A DNA stretch of 64,000 bases, from NCBI GenBank assembly GCA_046563655.1, contig CM102285.1, forward strand, positions 3,410,001 through 3,474,000, given 5' to 3'. Below, piece after piece: positions 1 through 12,128 of the stretch. Source of the DNA: Yuukianura sp. NJ FZ-2021. Its lineage: Eukaryota. Each line of letters begins with the position of its first letter. Position 1 is the stretch's first letter. The position numbers were made by a program, and so were the translations under genes. Below the pieces are notes generated by a model. It did no database searches and was not told the origin of the DNA. It saw nothing but the letters and a program-made list of their open reading frames with translations.

Positions 1-408
1 GTCCGGTTTTGATTCACATACTTGGTTTGCCGAATTTGCACTTGCAAACTTCACGCGTGGAACTAAGTCAAATTGGAATTAGATTTAAGTAAAGTTTGAA
101 ACTAGGATGATAAAAATCGATAATTCGATATAAATTTGGTAAAACGGCACATCGATTTAATTGGATTTAAATAACAATTAGCTTACCCGCTGCGGGCCGA
201 ACCGAAATCGGAACACGCGATTGCTTCCGCAAGTAGTTTTCAGGAGGGCAGAGGCAGACCTGCGGAAGACCCATTGTTCGGAAACACCCAGTTTTCTGGC
301 AGCAGCTTTCGCTTTTCACCATGTTTGAATATCTCGACCGATACCTATAATACAAACAATGGTTTATCGTTAACATGAACATTCTAGTCATTTACTCCTA
401 CAATTGAC

Positions 409-3400
409 ATGGACTTACATTGGCGGCTTCATGATGTGACAATCTGGGATTTGAATGGCATTGTAGACACTCTCGCCATGATTGATATTGCGACACAAGG
501 TGTACATCTTCTTTCAGTTCCTTGAGTTGGACCGCAGTAAAATCAACGTTTGCTTCAAATTCGGAGAGGAAAACGATGGGAAAAAGAGGTCAAAATGAGA
601 GCTCGACTCCTGAAAAAATCGAAGCAAGCAGGCGGATTGATCCAACAACATTTTGGACACTACTTTCTGCGTAAACAAGCCTGTTACCATGGCAATACAT
701 GTCATACATCCAATTGCTTGTATTGTTGTTATTGGCATCTTCTCTTCAGGTCAAGTTCTTTGCGAAGTCATAAAATGAAATGAATCCAAAAATGTCAAGA
801 CGCCGCTATAATCATAATCCGAGCATGTGCAGCGTTGTTTACTTTTTTTTAGGAGATCTTGGATTTGGATTGGATAAAAAGAGAAACGGTTGGGGTAAGG
901 TTTAACGATCGTAATTTCAGCCCCACGAACCACTTTGCAGCTCCAATTATCACGCTACGCTGTGCCTGTGCGGCTACTTATGCTTTAGCTTTAGCTTACC
1001 TTTTTATTTACGTTTGAACGGTTATAAATGTTTTTCTTGAACAAAGATTTATAAAAAAGCTATAAATGTAGCCAGTCGCAGTTTATTGTAACCACACAAG
1101 ACGGGTGTGGTGGTTACATTGTGCGACTACAACGAGAATCGTTACACCTTACGTCAACCGAAGTTCCACTGATATGATAACAAAAATCTGTATTTCTCTG
1201 TTCTCAATTCAGCTGACCTCTGACCTTCAACAACTGTCAGTGAGTGACGAGTTGTCCTTGTCACGTTCAGTTTTACGTAAAGAGAGAAGATCAAAAAGTA
1301 ATCCATCACCATGAACGGAATCCTCAGTATAATCTGGACATTCTTCAGTGATCCTGTAGCTTTAACGGGCATTCACATGTTCTATGCTGTGATTATACAG
1401 CTGATCGTATTTTACTCGATTCTGTTCCTGATGCTGATATCCTTCCATATCGTCAATATCCTGGACTTGAAACGTAGCAGGTTCTTTCACGAAGCTGAGG
1501 CTGCAAGGAATTTTGCAGTGAGTCTGGTTATTGTTTATCTGAAACTTACAATTTCCGGGTTAGGTGAGCTAATATTTCAATTTGAATTGATCTTTACTTT
1601 ACAGAACCACATGCAATTGGATATGCAACGTACACTTGCTGACTTTATGGACAAAAGCTTTAATTTCATGTGGAGAAAGGATAAGGGGTTCACTGATGCT
1701 GGTATGGTTCACCTTCTTCCGAAACGACTTCGGACTGATATCGCAATGCACATGTTTGCTCCAATGGTCGAGAAGGTATGCAGCATTTAGTTTTATGAGT
1801 CAATCGGATTGTTTCAACTTCGGCTTGGATGTTATTTTGTTTTGGTTATCCAGTCACACTTTTTTTTCTATTTCAGTCGGAAATTTTGAAAACTTGCTTT
1901 GACCCTGAGGAGCTTGAGGTGCTTGCCAGCCATGTTCAAATCAAACATTACTTCGGGAACTCATTCATAATTTCACCAAAATCAATGGGAACTTGCATGT
2001 TTTACATCGTCCGTGGAACTGTTGACGTGAGTTTAATCGAAAGACTCGGCATTATCGTTGTATTTCCTATAACTTGTATTAGTATTCAAGTAACGTCCGT
2101 CGTGGTAACTTTCCATAAAGTTGGGATTGATGGAGATGGATGTTCAAAATCATTGATTATATCTTAATGTCCACCTATATTTCCAGATCATAGACGAAGA
2201 AGGCGATGAACCCAGTATTCTTTTCACAATGAGCAGTGGTAGTTTGATTGGAGAAGCAGATGCTTTTCTCCCGCAGTTTCGGAGGGAAGGTGTCAAAACT
2301 CGATACGAATGCGATGTTCTGAAACTTAGCAACGCGGCGGTTACGAAAGCTATTGACAACGATACTGAGAAAATTGCTGATATTCTGGAAATTATCAAGG
2401 TTAATATAACAATATAACATTTACAGATAGATAGGTTAATACGAACACTTGTTCGTTACTTTCATAGAATCTTACAGTGTTAAAATTTTGAAACATTGCA
2501 GAAACGGACAGAGTTTGGCTTGACGGAGAACGCAGAAGCCGAAGAAGCTTTGGATCTATCAGAAACTAGCTCAACTGACTTTTTCGCGGACGATCAAGAT
2601 GATGATACGGATACGTAAGTATTGAAATAATTGAAAATATATAAACATAAACTCCAGAATGATTGAAATCGACATAACGTACTATTACAGAGACACTGAA
2701 GTTGAAAATGCTACGGAAGTCTCCCATATTACTCATATCAGTCCGTTTGCATGGCTGAGGTTTTTTCGTCGGAATCCGAAAACACTTACAGCAGCCACAG
2801 AAGATGCCCATGAAGCTAAATCCACCATGGAAGGATTCAAACAGCTACCAGACGCCACCAAAAAGTATAATTTTGCACAGGTAAGTCCTTTTTTACAGGT
2901 TTTGATCGTCGATAACCTAATCTGTACTGCATTCATGTAATATTATAATATTATATTATAATGCTTCGCACATTTTGCCTTAGATTGAACCCCCACCGGA
3001 CCACAAATGGAAATACGGCGTCGTGTCTACAAATACACAAGTCTTTGATACATGGAACGCCGTTGTATTTGGTGTATCTCTGCTCTACTCCTACGGCCTT
3101 CCAATTTGTGTCATGCTAAACAACGAAACACGTACTTGGTGGGTGGACATACTTGTTGATCTGGTCAACATTTTGGATTTGCTGTTCAAATTATTCGTGT
3201 TCTACCGCCCTAGTGGTAATTTCCATTTTCTTTATGCGCATAATTAGTTCTTCCTAGACGATCCAAGAGTTTAATATTTATTTATGCTTCATTCAGAGAT
3301 GCATCACACCGTACCGCAAAGGCTGGCTCATATAAAAAGAGAATTCAAGAATCCATGGATTGCCGTTTCTATTGTTCCCGTGTTACCATTTCATCACATA

Positions 3401-6400
3401 TGGAGGTTTGCTGGCACTTCGTACAGAAGCTACCTGTATATTAGACTTCACCTTTACATTGCTCGTCTTGTCACGGTAAGTATACTTATCTTAATATATT
3501 AAGAATAGACGTATTTTTTAATGTATTAATGTTATCGAATTTGCAGATTCACATGTACTTCCGAAAGTGGGAACACGATGTCCGAAACAACCTGGTATTC
3601 ATGCGTATACTAAAAAATACGATATACATGTCCGTCTACATCGTTTTCTTCACGTGCATCTTTTGCTCATTTGGATGCATCGCCTATCCGTAAGTTGACT
3701 TGAATTTGAAAATTGTTGAAAGAAAACTTAAGCAGCGGCAAAAATCTTGCTCATGACCAATGCATTTTTTCGTTTGTGATTATTTAGGAACTGTGAACAA
3801 ATAGGAGGTGATACTTGGCTGGCGCAGTATTTGAACATACCGACTTCACCGGATGATCCTGTCGAAGATGACAACGAGTTCTACTATGCTTTCTACTTGT
3901 CTCTGTATTGGACTGTGTCCACCATGTTTGGAGTTGGCTACACAAACTACCTCATGCTCGTTCAGAAAAAGGAAGTGACTCTGTTCATAGTTCACCTTGT
4001 CCTCAGTTTCATACTGCTGACTTACTTCTTCGCTGACCTCGAATCAGCACTTTTTGGTCATGTTGATAACGTGTAAGTGAGAGCTCAAGAATTCTACTGG
4101 CGTACTGCGAACTAATCGTAACATTTTCCATTTGTATTTTTAGGGTCAGTCGATTGTGTACAACAGCTTCGATTCTTACATACTTGGACGACGAGTTGAC
4201 TGATTTGAGCATTGTGGAGCAAGTAAATACTTTTATGGATCTGCAATGGGAGACCCTGTTCGGAATGGATTCCCCAGTTCAATCAGGATTTTTACATGTA
4301 TCTCGTTCCATGTTCAAGGAACTACTGGTGGCAGTAGTTGCTGAAACACTTAGCAGTGCAAAGTTCTTCCAGGTGAAGTGTTTGCATTTTTTGTTGAAAC
4401 CAAATTCATGCGACGAAACCCATTTTGCATATTTTGTGGTGGTTGTGTTCATCGGTAGGATATGGATCCGCATGTCCTAAAATTGTTTTGTGGACTGTGC
4501 AAAATTAATACCTTACCGCCAAACATGTGCCTTATGACGGAAGGTGAAATGGTCGAAGGACTTTACATTATACGTCGTGGATATGCGGAAGTAAGTGATG
4601 ATGAAGCAATATGGAATGTTAAATAGTTAACTAAATAGTAATTTTTATAAAACTAACTGTTTAACACCTTATTGCGCAGGTATACAAAGGCGCTACGGAC
4701 ATTCTCGTGGACATCCTTTCAGTTGGCCAAAGTTTTGGAGACGTAGAACTCATTTACAATCAACCTTCGAGAGTCACCATTCGAGCAGTAACGTACGTCG
4801 AACTCATCTGCATTGGTAAGAAGGACTTTGCTGAAGTGTTGGCTACGTCGGACTTACACAGCTCAGAAGTTGTTGACTTGAAAAGCCATCCGGAAGCCCA
4901 TGAGGTATTCAGTAGCAAACCCACAGCTTATTTGAAAATAAAGACTAAACTAATAGATACAAACTAAAACGGAGGTTGATTTTTACAATATTGTTTGCAG
5001 TGGTTTCAAGAACACTTCCTTGTCACAGAATCGGAATGGCGTAACCATCAGTACGTTCCTCCACCACTTCCTCCACAATTTATGCGTGTGTACGCCTTCA
5101 AAGGGGAGCCCGGCATTCCACCAAAAGAGGACCCATACTTAAGTTTGTTCCATCACTCAGGACTCCATTGGGCAAGGTATGATGATGCATGAAACTTCTT
5201 AACATTAAGCACGGGCTTCAATTGGCTCAAGTTTGTATTTATTGTTACAGATACTGCCTCTTTCCGATCGGTTTTGTCCCAACTGGTGAACCAGTCTTGT
5301 TGTTGAACAAAATCCGCGCCTATGTTGCCCTGCTAATGCTTATTTTCGTGCCCATCGTTCAAGCCAACCCTTACTTGAAGCGGGATTACATGTGGATTGT
5401 CAACATCCTGGATGTATTTGTATTTCTGGACATGTAAGTGTTGTGTCTCCTTTGAACGTTTTTAGATTTGTTAGTTGTTTACTGTTTCTTTCAGGATTGT
5501 ACAAGCATATACTGGATACTTTGACCGTAAAACAAAAGGCCTTATTACGCATCCGCTAATGACGATGAAGAGGTATCTACTTGGACCGTTTCTTCTGGAT
5601 CTGTATGGCAGTCCTATTATATATACGTTGATTGATCGATTCCTGATAGCAATTGCATTCGATGGGTAAAGTTCAATTGTTGTTGTGAATTTTCAATGTT
5701 TTCATAAGAAGCGAGGAATTGCCTTTACTTTTCTAAATTGTTTCAGAGCAAGCCATAAAACTCGTTTGGTTGCCTATTTCTTACGAATGAATCGTCTAGT
5801 TGGAACCTATCGCTGTGTTAACTACGTCAAAGAAAGTTACGACGATTTAACACTCAAATCCAAATGGAAGTAAGTTCAATCCAGGCTATTCTGTTTTAAA
5901 TAAAACTATCAGGTGGTTTTTGTACAAATCATGAACTAAAGTGACTTTGGATTTCCAGAATTGCTTGGCTTCTATCGTTGTTCCTGATTTTTCAAACACA
6001 CTTCTTTGCCTGTATTACGATTGTGTTGGCTTGTCCAACCACTGTCGAAGAACTTCAGAAGCAAGATGGCATCTGTTACCCACATACATGGATAACCAAT
6101 GGAAAACACCTAAGTATGCGCTCTATAACGATTTATAATATCCCAAATAATAGCTTACAGTAGGGATGGTTTTTTAATTTTTTCAGGGAGAATGTTGGCC
6201 AAAAATGAGACAATTCTGGGCTCGCATGTATACCTCTTTTCTTTTTATTATACTGCAACAACTTCAGTTGGATGTGGATTTGATGACTTCAAGCCGGTTG
6301 GCATGATCGAACAGAACGTTGCAGTTCTGCAATTGTTTATTTGTAAGACACTAAACTCAATAATATATTTGTAATAATTTTATGTATGCATTTTAGTAAC

Positions 6401-9400
6401 GCTTATTCTGTTACGATTTGGTTTAGATATTATCGTATTTACCTATGTCTTGGCCAAGTTTGCTGCGAGTCGTTCGCTTTTCGACTACAAGCTTCTAAAA
6501 TTCCAATACCACATGAAGCATTTGGCCGATTGGCTCAACCGTGAGAACATCCAGTTAGCACTGATCAGGTAAATGTTTCAATTGTGTTTGACTATGCGAC
6601 TAAGCTTGCTTGTAATGATTAAATTTATATTTTTTTTTCAGGCGTATTCTACAACACTATGATTACTGCTGGATGAGAACCGAAGGAATTCAAACACAAG
6701 ATTTCTGGCCTCAACTGTATCCGACACTAAAGAAGGATGCGATGTACGACACCTATGAAGATGTTTTCCGATTGGTAAGATTTCTCTATATAGTAAAGAA
6801 CGGCGAATGCATAACTTTACTACGAATCAATTTTCTCATTTATATATCTATGCTCTATGTTGTAGGTTCCAGATTTTGATGGCATTCCGCGGGTTTGCAT
6901 GCGTGAAATCTTATCACGAGTTGAAGTTCGTTATTACCTGAACCACGAAGTGGTTGTCCGAATTGGCGACATTTGTCAGTTCATTTATATAATTGGGAAT
7001 GGAAACATGGTTGTGAAGCTAGGAAGTGTGCCGGACTTCTCCGATGATGACATAATTCAACTAAGCGAAGGAGGGTAAGCTAAACAACGATACTTAAAGA
7101 TGGTTCGTGATAACGAAGATTTTGAATTTTGTTCATTCCATTTTTTTGTAGAATACTTGGTTCCATTGATCCAAGTGTCTGCTATGCCGTTCACGACTGT
7201 ACAGCTGTTTGTTGGACAAACGTTGACATGTTTGTGATTCCACGGGAGGAGTTTATGAGTGTCTTGCGAAAATATCCTGATGTGGCAACGTCCTTTGTGC
7301 TTGCAGCAAGTCGGGGCAAAAGAAGACGAACGGTTTGTACTTTATTTCTTGCAAACCTTCAAAAGTGTTTAAGAAATTAGCATATTAAAATCTGATCTTT
7401 TGTTTTTTGTTTTGTTTTGAAAGATGAAGCGGAATCAAACTGAAGGTTACAAGTCAAGCATGAATGATTACGACCCACAAAACCTAAACCTAACTAAAGA
7501 GTCCACTCTTCGACCGATTCTGCGCCGAGAATTGAATGCAGCAATTTCAGATCAAAGTGTTTCAAAAAGCAAGGATTCGCAGAGTGCTAAAGATCCGAAG
7601 TATGCCGCTCGGGTCAATTCTCGTAATTTGGATGAAGTGTTAAAGGAGTACGCAGGAGTGTAAGCAGTGAAATTTTGAAAATATTGAACCGATTTTTCTT
7701 ATAGTGTTTGAGCATGTCGAAAAAGTAGTGTCGATGTCGAATTTGTGATATTTTTTCAGAAATGCAAAAGAAGCTAAGGCGAGGCGTGGAACGAGAAAAA
7801 TATTAGCGTCATGTCTTCTTCCGGTTTCACGAAATTTCATTTTGCTGGACACTCTGTATTTTTGGGCGGCTGTGTTGAGTTCAGGAGTGACTGCATTTCA
7901 ATTTGCATTTAAAGTAAGTTTAAAATACTACTACGTAGGTGCTAATAATTCAGATATCACAACAGTTTTGAATAGCATTCGTTTGTTTTTAGCGCTACGA
8001 ATGGGCGTTTTGGATTATTGGCTTTGTAACGGATGCTGTCTATATTTTGAAAATGATTCTCAGCTTCTTCATTACTTACTACAATGAAATGACAGACTTA
8101 ATTTCCAACGTCTCGGAAATTGAGCATGGGTTTGAACATCCGAAATTCAGACTAAATATTTTAATCATGGCTTACACAATTGAGATTTTACGAAGTTTTT
8201 TAATGAAATCCTGCAGATACCTGAGTAGCTACGATGGATTCATCATGGACTTGTTTTCTTCGCTGCCGTTTGAGCTGTTTACGCTCATTTACAAGGCTGT
8301 AGCACCGGAGACTCCTGATAAATCAAAAACCGCTTTCCTGTCCTGGGCAAGCTTACGGCTCAATCGACTTTTTCGGCTGGTAAAGTTTAAAATATTCGAT
8401 TAACTTTGTGTTAACTTAACAATCGAAGAGTTTGTTTTATAAATCCTATTTGTTCCATATAGTTCTTCGTGATCAAGCACTTATCTAGAATGCAGCGTCG
8501 AGCTGGAGTCAATGTGAACCTGGTATTTTTGAAAATTCAACGGCTCGTCATCACAACTATAATTCGTAAGTGCATTTCACCATGTACCTACTACAATAAA
8601 AAGTTAAAAAGTTACGTAACTAAAAAGTTAAACCTTAAACTAAAAGCGTAAACTGCTTTTCTCAATCCCTTACAGTACTGCACTGGCTCGTGGTTATATT
8701 CTACGTTTCCAGCGTGAAATTCAAAGATCTCGAAGGAGATCACTGCGACTCGAGCAGTATGAGATACACCGACAATTTTCACCTCAACGCCACTACCGGA
8801 TTTGCACCCAGCTCTTGGAAAGAAACAAAAAGTAATCTATCCAGCTCAGCAATTGGCTTTAACTTTACGTGACAAGTTAGGGATACTCATTGGAAGTTAT
8901 TTTTTGATAGAGGAAACTGGCCATCGTTTATGCTACCCATACGTCATGACGCTTTATTTTCTGGTCAACACCTTCATGACTACGGGATACGGCGACATTT
9001 TCCCCATTACGCCAGCTGAGATCGTATTTATTTCACTGTTAGCCATTGCCTCTAAGGTTTACGTTGGATTGGCACTTATGGATGTGTTATCTGGAATTCA
9101 GTACACTAGCAAATCCTATCACATTGCTGCTGATGCAACAGTCGTAAGTCCATTAGAATTTTAGATTGCCTTACGTTTCTTAGTGCTGGCAGAATGTGTC
9201 TTACTGTATACAATTTGAATATTTTTAGAGTCTGTACAAGAACTACGGTCTTCCCAGCAACTTGATTCGTCGTGTCAAGAGTTACTTCAAGTATGCTTGG
9301 CAGCAAAATGGCGGAGTTGTTGCTCCGGAGTTTTTATACCAAGCGCCTGAAATTCATCTTCTAGACATTTGTTACAACGCCTATGCCCACGTATTGGAAA

Positions 9401-10010
9401 ATGTAAGACGAAGTTAATCCGTTTTGGAGACGACGATATTTAAACTACATTTACTAACAAATTAGTGCTGTTATTTTTTCAAGTCGCTGTTATTCCGATA
9501 CCTACCTCTCCGGTTCCTGAAGTTTGTTTGTACAAAGCTGCAGACTGTTTGGATATTGAGCGGGGACTGTATTGTCAAGCAGCATGATGTGGATGATAGG
9601 CTGTACTTTGTTCACCGAGGTGTAATTGAGAGTCGACGTGAAGTGTACGACGAAAACGGAGAGTTGGAGACGACTGCGCTGGAGTACAGCATGGGATCAT
9701 CATTTGGAGAGGCATTCCGATTGAGATTGTATTAAATATTAGTGAAATATAAGAATTAATTATCCATTCTGCATTTCAGATTAACGGACTTCTTGGCACC
9801 GACAAGTATCTGAGCACGTACACTGCAAAAACGAATGTTGACCTTGTCTATCTTACCCATCCGCAATTGAAAGAAATCTTCGAAGTCTTTCCAGCCGAAA
9901 AAGTAGAAGTTTTGACTCGGCTGAGGGTTAATTTTGAACAATACTCCGAGAACAAACATGAAGCTGAGGATGAAGAAGACGAAGAGGAGCTGTACTTTGA
10001 TGAAACATGA
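409..10010 (+). CDS. Multi-exon four-repeat cyclic nucleotide-gated channel (tetraKCNG/CNGK-like): 4 x [6TM-pore-C-linker-CNBD]; 5' boundary and repeat I S1-S5 uncertain
   Basis: Four successive C-linker/CNBD modules: I ~1605-2399 (MFYIVRGTVD...LIGEADAF), II ~4145-4905 (LYIIRRGYAE...FGDVELIY), III ~6640-7330 (IYIIGNGNM), IV ~9230-9900 (LYFVHRGVIE...FGE). Pore motifs at 1335 (WTFFSD), 3930 (GVGYTN), 6270 (GCGFDD) and 8979 (TTGYGD). S4-like RMNRL and LRLNRLFRL. Linker exons join the repeats; terminal exon ends ...EEELYFDET-TGA at 10010. Confidence 0.85.
887..1160. mobile_element. MITE-like element, copy 1 (imperfect ~22 bp terminal inverted repeats, internal TGTAGCC/GCGGCTAC motifs)
   Basis: Left cggttggggtaaggtttaacga (887-908) versus right tcgttacaccttacgtcaaccg (1139-1160) are near-complementary; both ends resemble the element at 52748-52977. 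Confidence 0.65.
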
Positions 10011-11264
10011 AAGTCAGATGCCAGCTACAATCAGAATTCAAACAACTATAATTTGAAGTTAAGTATAATAAGTTTATTTACATAAAAATGTCGTTATAAG
10101 TTACGAATTAGCAGTGGTAAATGTTTATTAAACTGTAACGTCACAACGTAAGGTACTGCGGTAGTACATTGGTTTAGGCTCCTATTGTTCCCTAAACAAG
10201 TTACATTGATCGGTGCACTTCCGCGTTTCTTCGAGTTGTCAAACTTTTCAGAGAATTAGTTGGATCCATCTACGCACGTTTCGGATGTTTCAGAATTTTC
10301 AGTGGATTAGTATGGCATGAGGCGGGGACCAAAAAGGGAGGAAACTACGGAAACGAAGTTCATTCCACTGTGAGAAGCAGAAGAGAGTGGAGGTCCACGC
10401 TCAACTACTAACTACTTTAGTACAATTGTACTACAATTGAGAAGTTCGTGTCGAAGGTTAGGTTAGGTAACGTAACGTACGTAACGTAACGGTGTAGGTA
10501 GTAAGTTACGTAAAAGGTACGTTGTTATAAAGACGTTTTGGTTCCGTTTAGAGAAGGACAAGGAAATCAGTACTCTTTCTCAGTCACAACCACAAGTACT
10601 TGCGTTGCGATACTGGACTGATTTGCCAGTTTACTAAACGACTACTCGGGAGTTGGTGAAGGTCATCTGAGAACTGAACTTTGACATTTCGTCGAATCAG
10701 TAAGTAAAGATATGTAACCGAAGTAAAGTTAACCTTATTCGTAAGATAACCCTTATTGTATACATCTGAAGGTGGATTCTTGCAGGATTGGATTCTAGTA
10801 GCGTACTTACCATCCATTATTCAAGGCTTGGCATTAATACAGTAGACACATTTCAGTATTCAGTTTACAATGCATGTACTGCTATTAGACGAGCAGATAC
10901 GTTGACGAAAGTAGACAGGGCGACAGGGGTCTTGTGACAGGACAACGCCTTTAGCTAATCCACGATACAATTCCCTGTAAAAGTTAGTTCTGAAACAGCC
11001 CTTATCAAAAGTTATGAGGAAGGGAAGCATGGTAAATCGACTGGTATAAGTCTAGTTCATTTGGTTACATATATAAATATTATCAGGTATGTAAGTAGGA
11101 AGATTATCATTATCCGTTGCAGCTTTTTGAGGAGCGAGTCGACGTTTCATAAATTACCTCTTGTGAGTATATCCGCTGCAAATTATCCCCTGCTGAGCAC
11201 TTGAGTTGTTACAGGGTACAAAAAGCATTCTTTCTACTTTTCAGTTCATCTATCATCTACGGAA

Positions 11265-12128
11265 ATGGACGATTTGGCCAAGAGGCTCGGTATGACGGCT
11301 TTGAATGACTATAATGACCGTCTAGAAGATTTACGCCAACGTGAGGAACTCGTGAAGTCCCGAGAAGATAAACTGCAGAGGAGCAAAGACGCAGTGTATC
11401 GCGACTCTCAGAAGTTTGAAAGTTTACACCAACAGCATATTATAGAGATGAACCAGCTAATGACTGCCCGGGAACAAGCTAACCAGGACGAGCAAAGATC
11501 CAAAGAACTTCGAGTTTGTATTGCAGAGGATGAACGTCAGTTGAAAGCTACTAGAAAGGAGTTGGACCTGGAGACTGGAAAATTAGCTGATGTAAAACAT
11601 AACATTAAAGTGGCCTCCGAAGAATTGGTCGTTATACGCAAGTCTTATCGCAACGTTGAAGAGCGACTGTCAAAACTGAAGTCCGAAGAGCAGCGCTTCA
11701 AAGAGTCGGAAAAAGAGTTCAAAAAAGCAAACGAAAAGCTTGCCAATTGCCGAAAAGAAATTTCGAGTTTGGAACGACAGCTGACTGAACGCAGTGAAGA
11801 TCTCAAAGAAGCTACGGAGGCTCTAGCTTACATCAGGAAACAAGTTCATGACCAGCAGGAAACATGGGAAGAGCTGCTGGTAAAGATCGACGATATGACG
11901 GAAAAGCGACAGGCACTGGATCAAGAACTTGCTGCTATGACTGGTGCAAAGGAGAGCAATCTTCGCCATGTTTTGGAAATTGAACAGGAGAATCAACGAC
12001 TTACCGCACAGCTCAATGCTCAATCTCAACAAAGTGCCAACGCAATCATGCAAGCCAAGAAGCTGCAGAATCAGTTCGCTCAGATTACCAAAACGGCGAC
12101 TGATCTTTTCGGAGACTTCGAAGGTTGA
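11265..12128 (+). CDS. Single-coding-exon coiled-coil protein, 287 aa, unknown function
   Basis: Uninterrupted E/K/Q/L-rich heptad ORF from ATG to stop; likely 5'UTR intron (gtgagt ~11163 to ttttcag ~11243). Confidence 0.75.
   Translation: MDDLAKRLGMTALNDYNDRLEDLRQREELVKSREDKLQRSKDAVYRDSQKFESLHQQHIIEMNQLMTAREQANQDEQRSKELRVCIAEDERQLKATRKELDLETGKLADVKHNIKVASEELVVIRKSYRNVEERLSKLKSEEQRFKESEKEFKKANEKLANCRKEISSLERQLTERSEDLKEATEALAYIRKQVHDQQETWEELLVKIDDMTEKRQALDQELAAMTGAKESNLRHVLEIEQENQRLTAQLNAQSQQSANAIMQAKKLQNQFAQITKTATDLFGDFEG

Noticed and set aside
8802-8910. Frame change and stop before the repeat IV pore
   Set aside because: A phase-1 intron starting at gtaatc (~8832) and ending at 8910 restores the frame (WKETK|KETGHR).
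10085-10539. 15-bp imperfect inverted repeat with GTAAC-rich simple repeats inside
   Set aside because: Short and AT-rich with no second copy seen; could be chance.
11823-12053. Antisense ORFs over real genes (also 30128-30568, 37811-38128, 53152-53514)
   Set aside because: Shadow ORFs of coding exons with no independent evidence.
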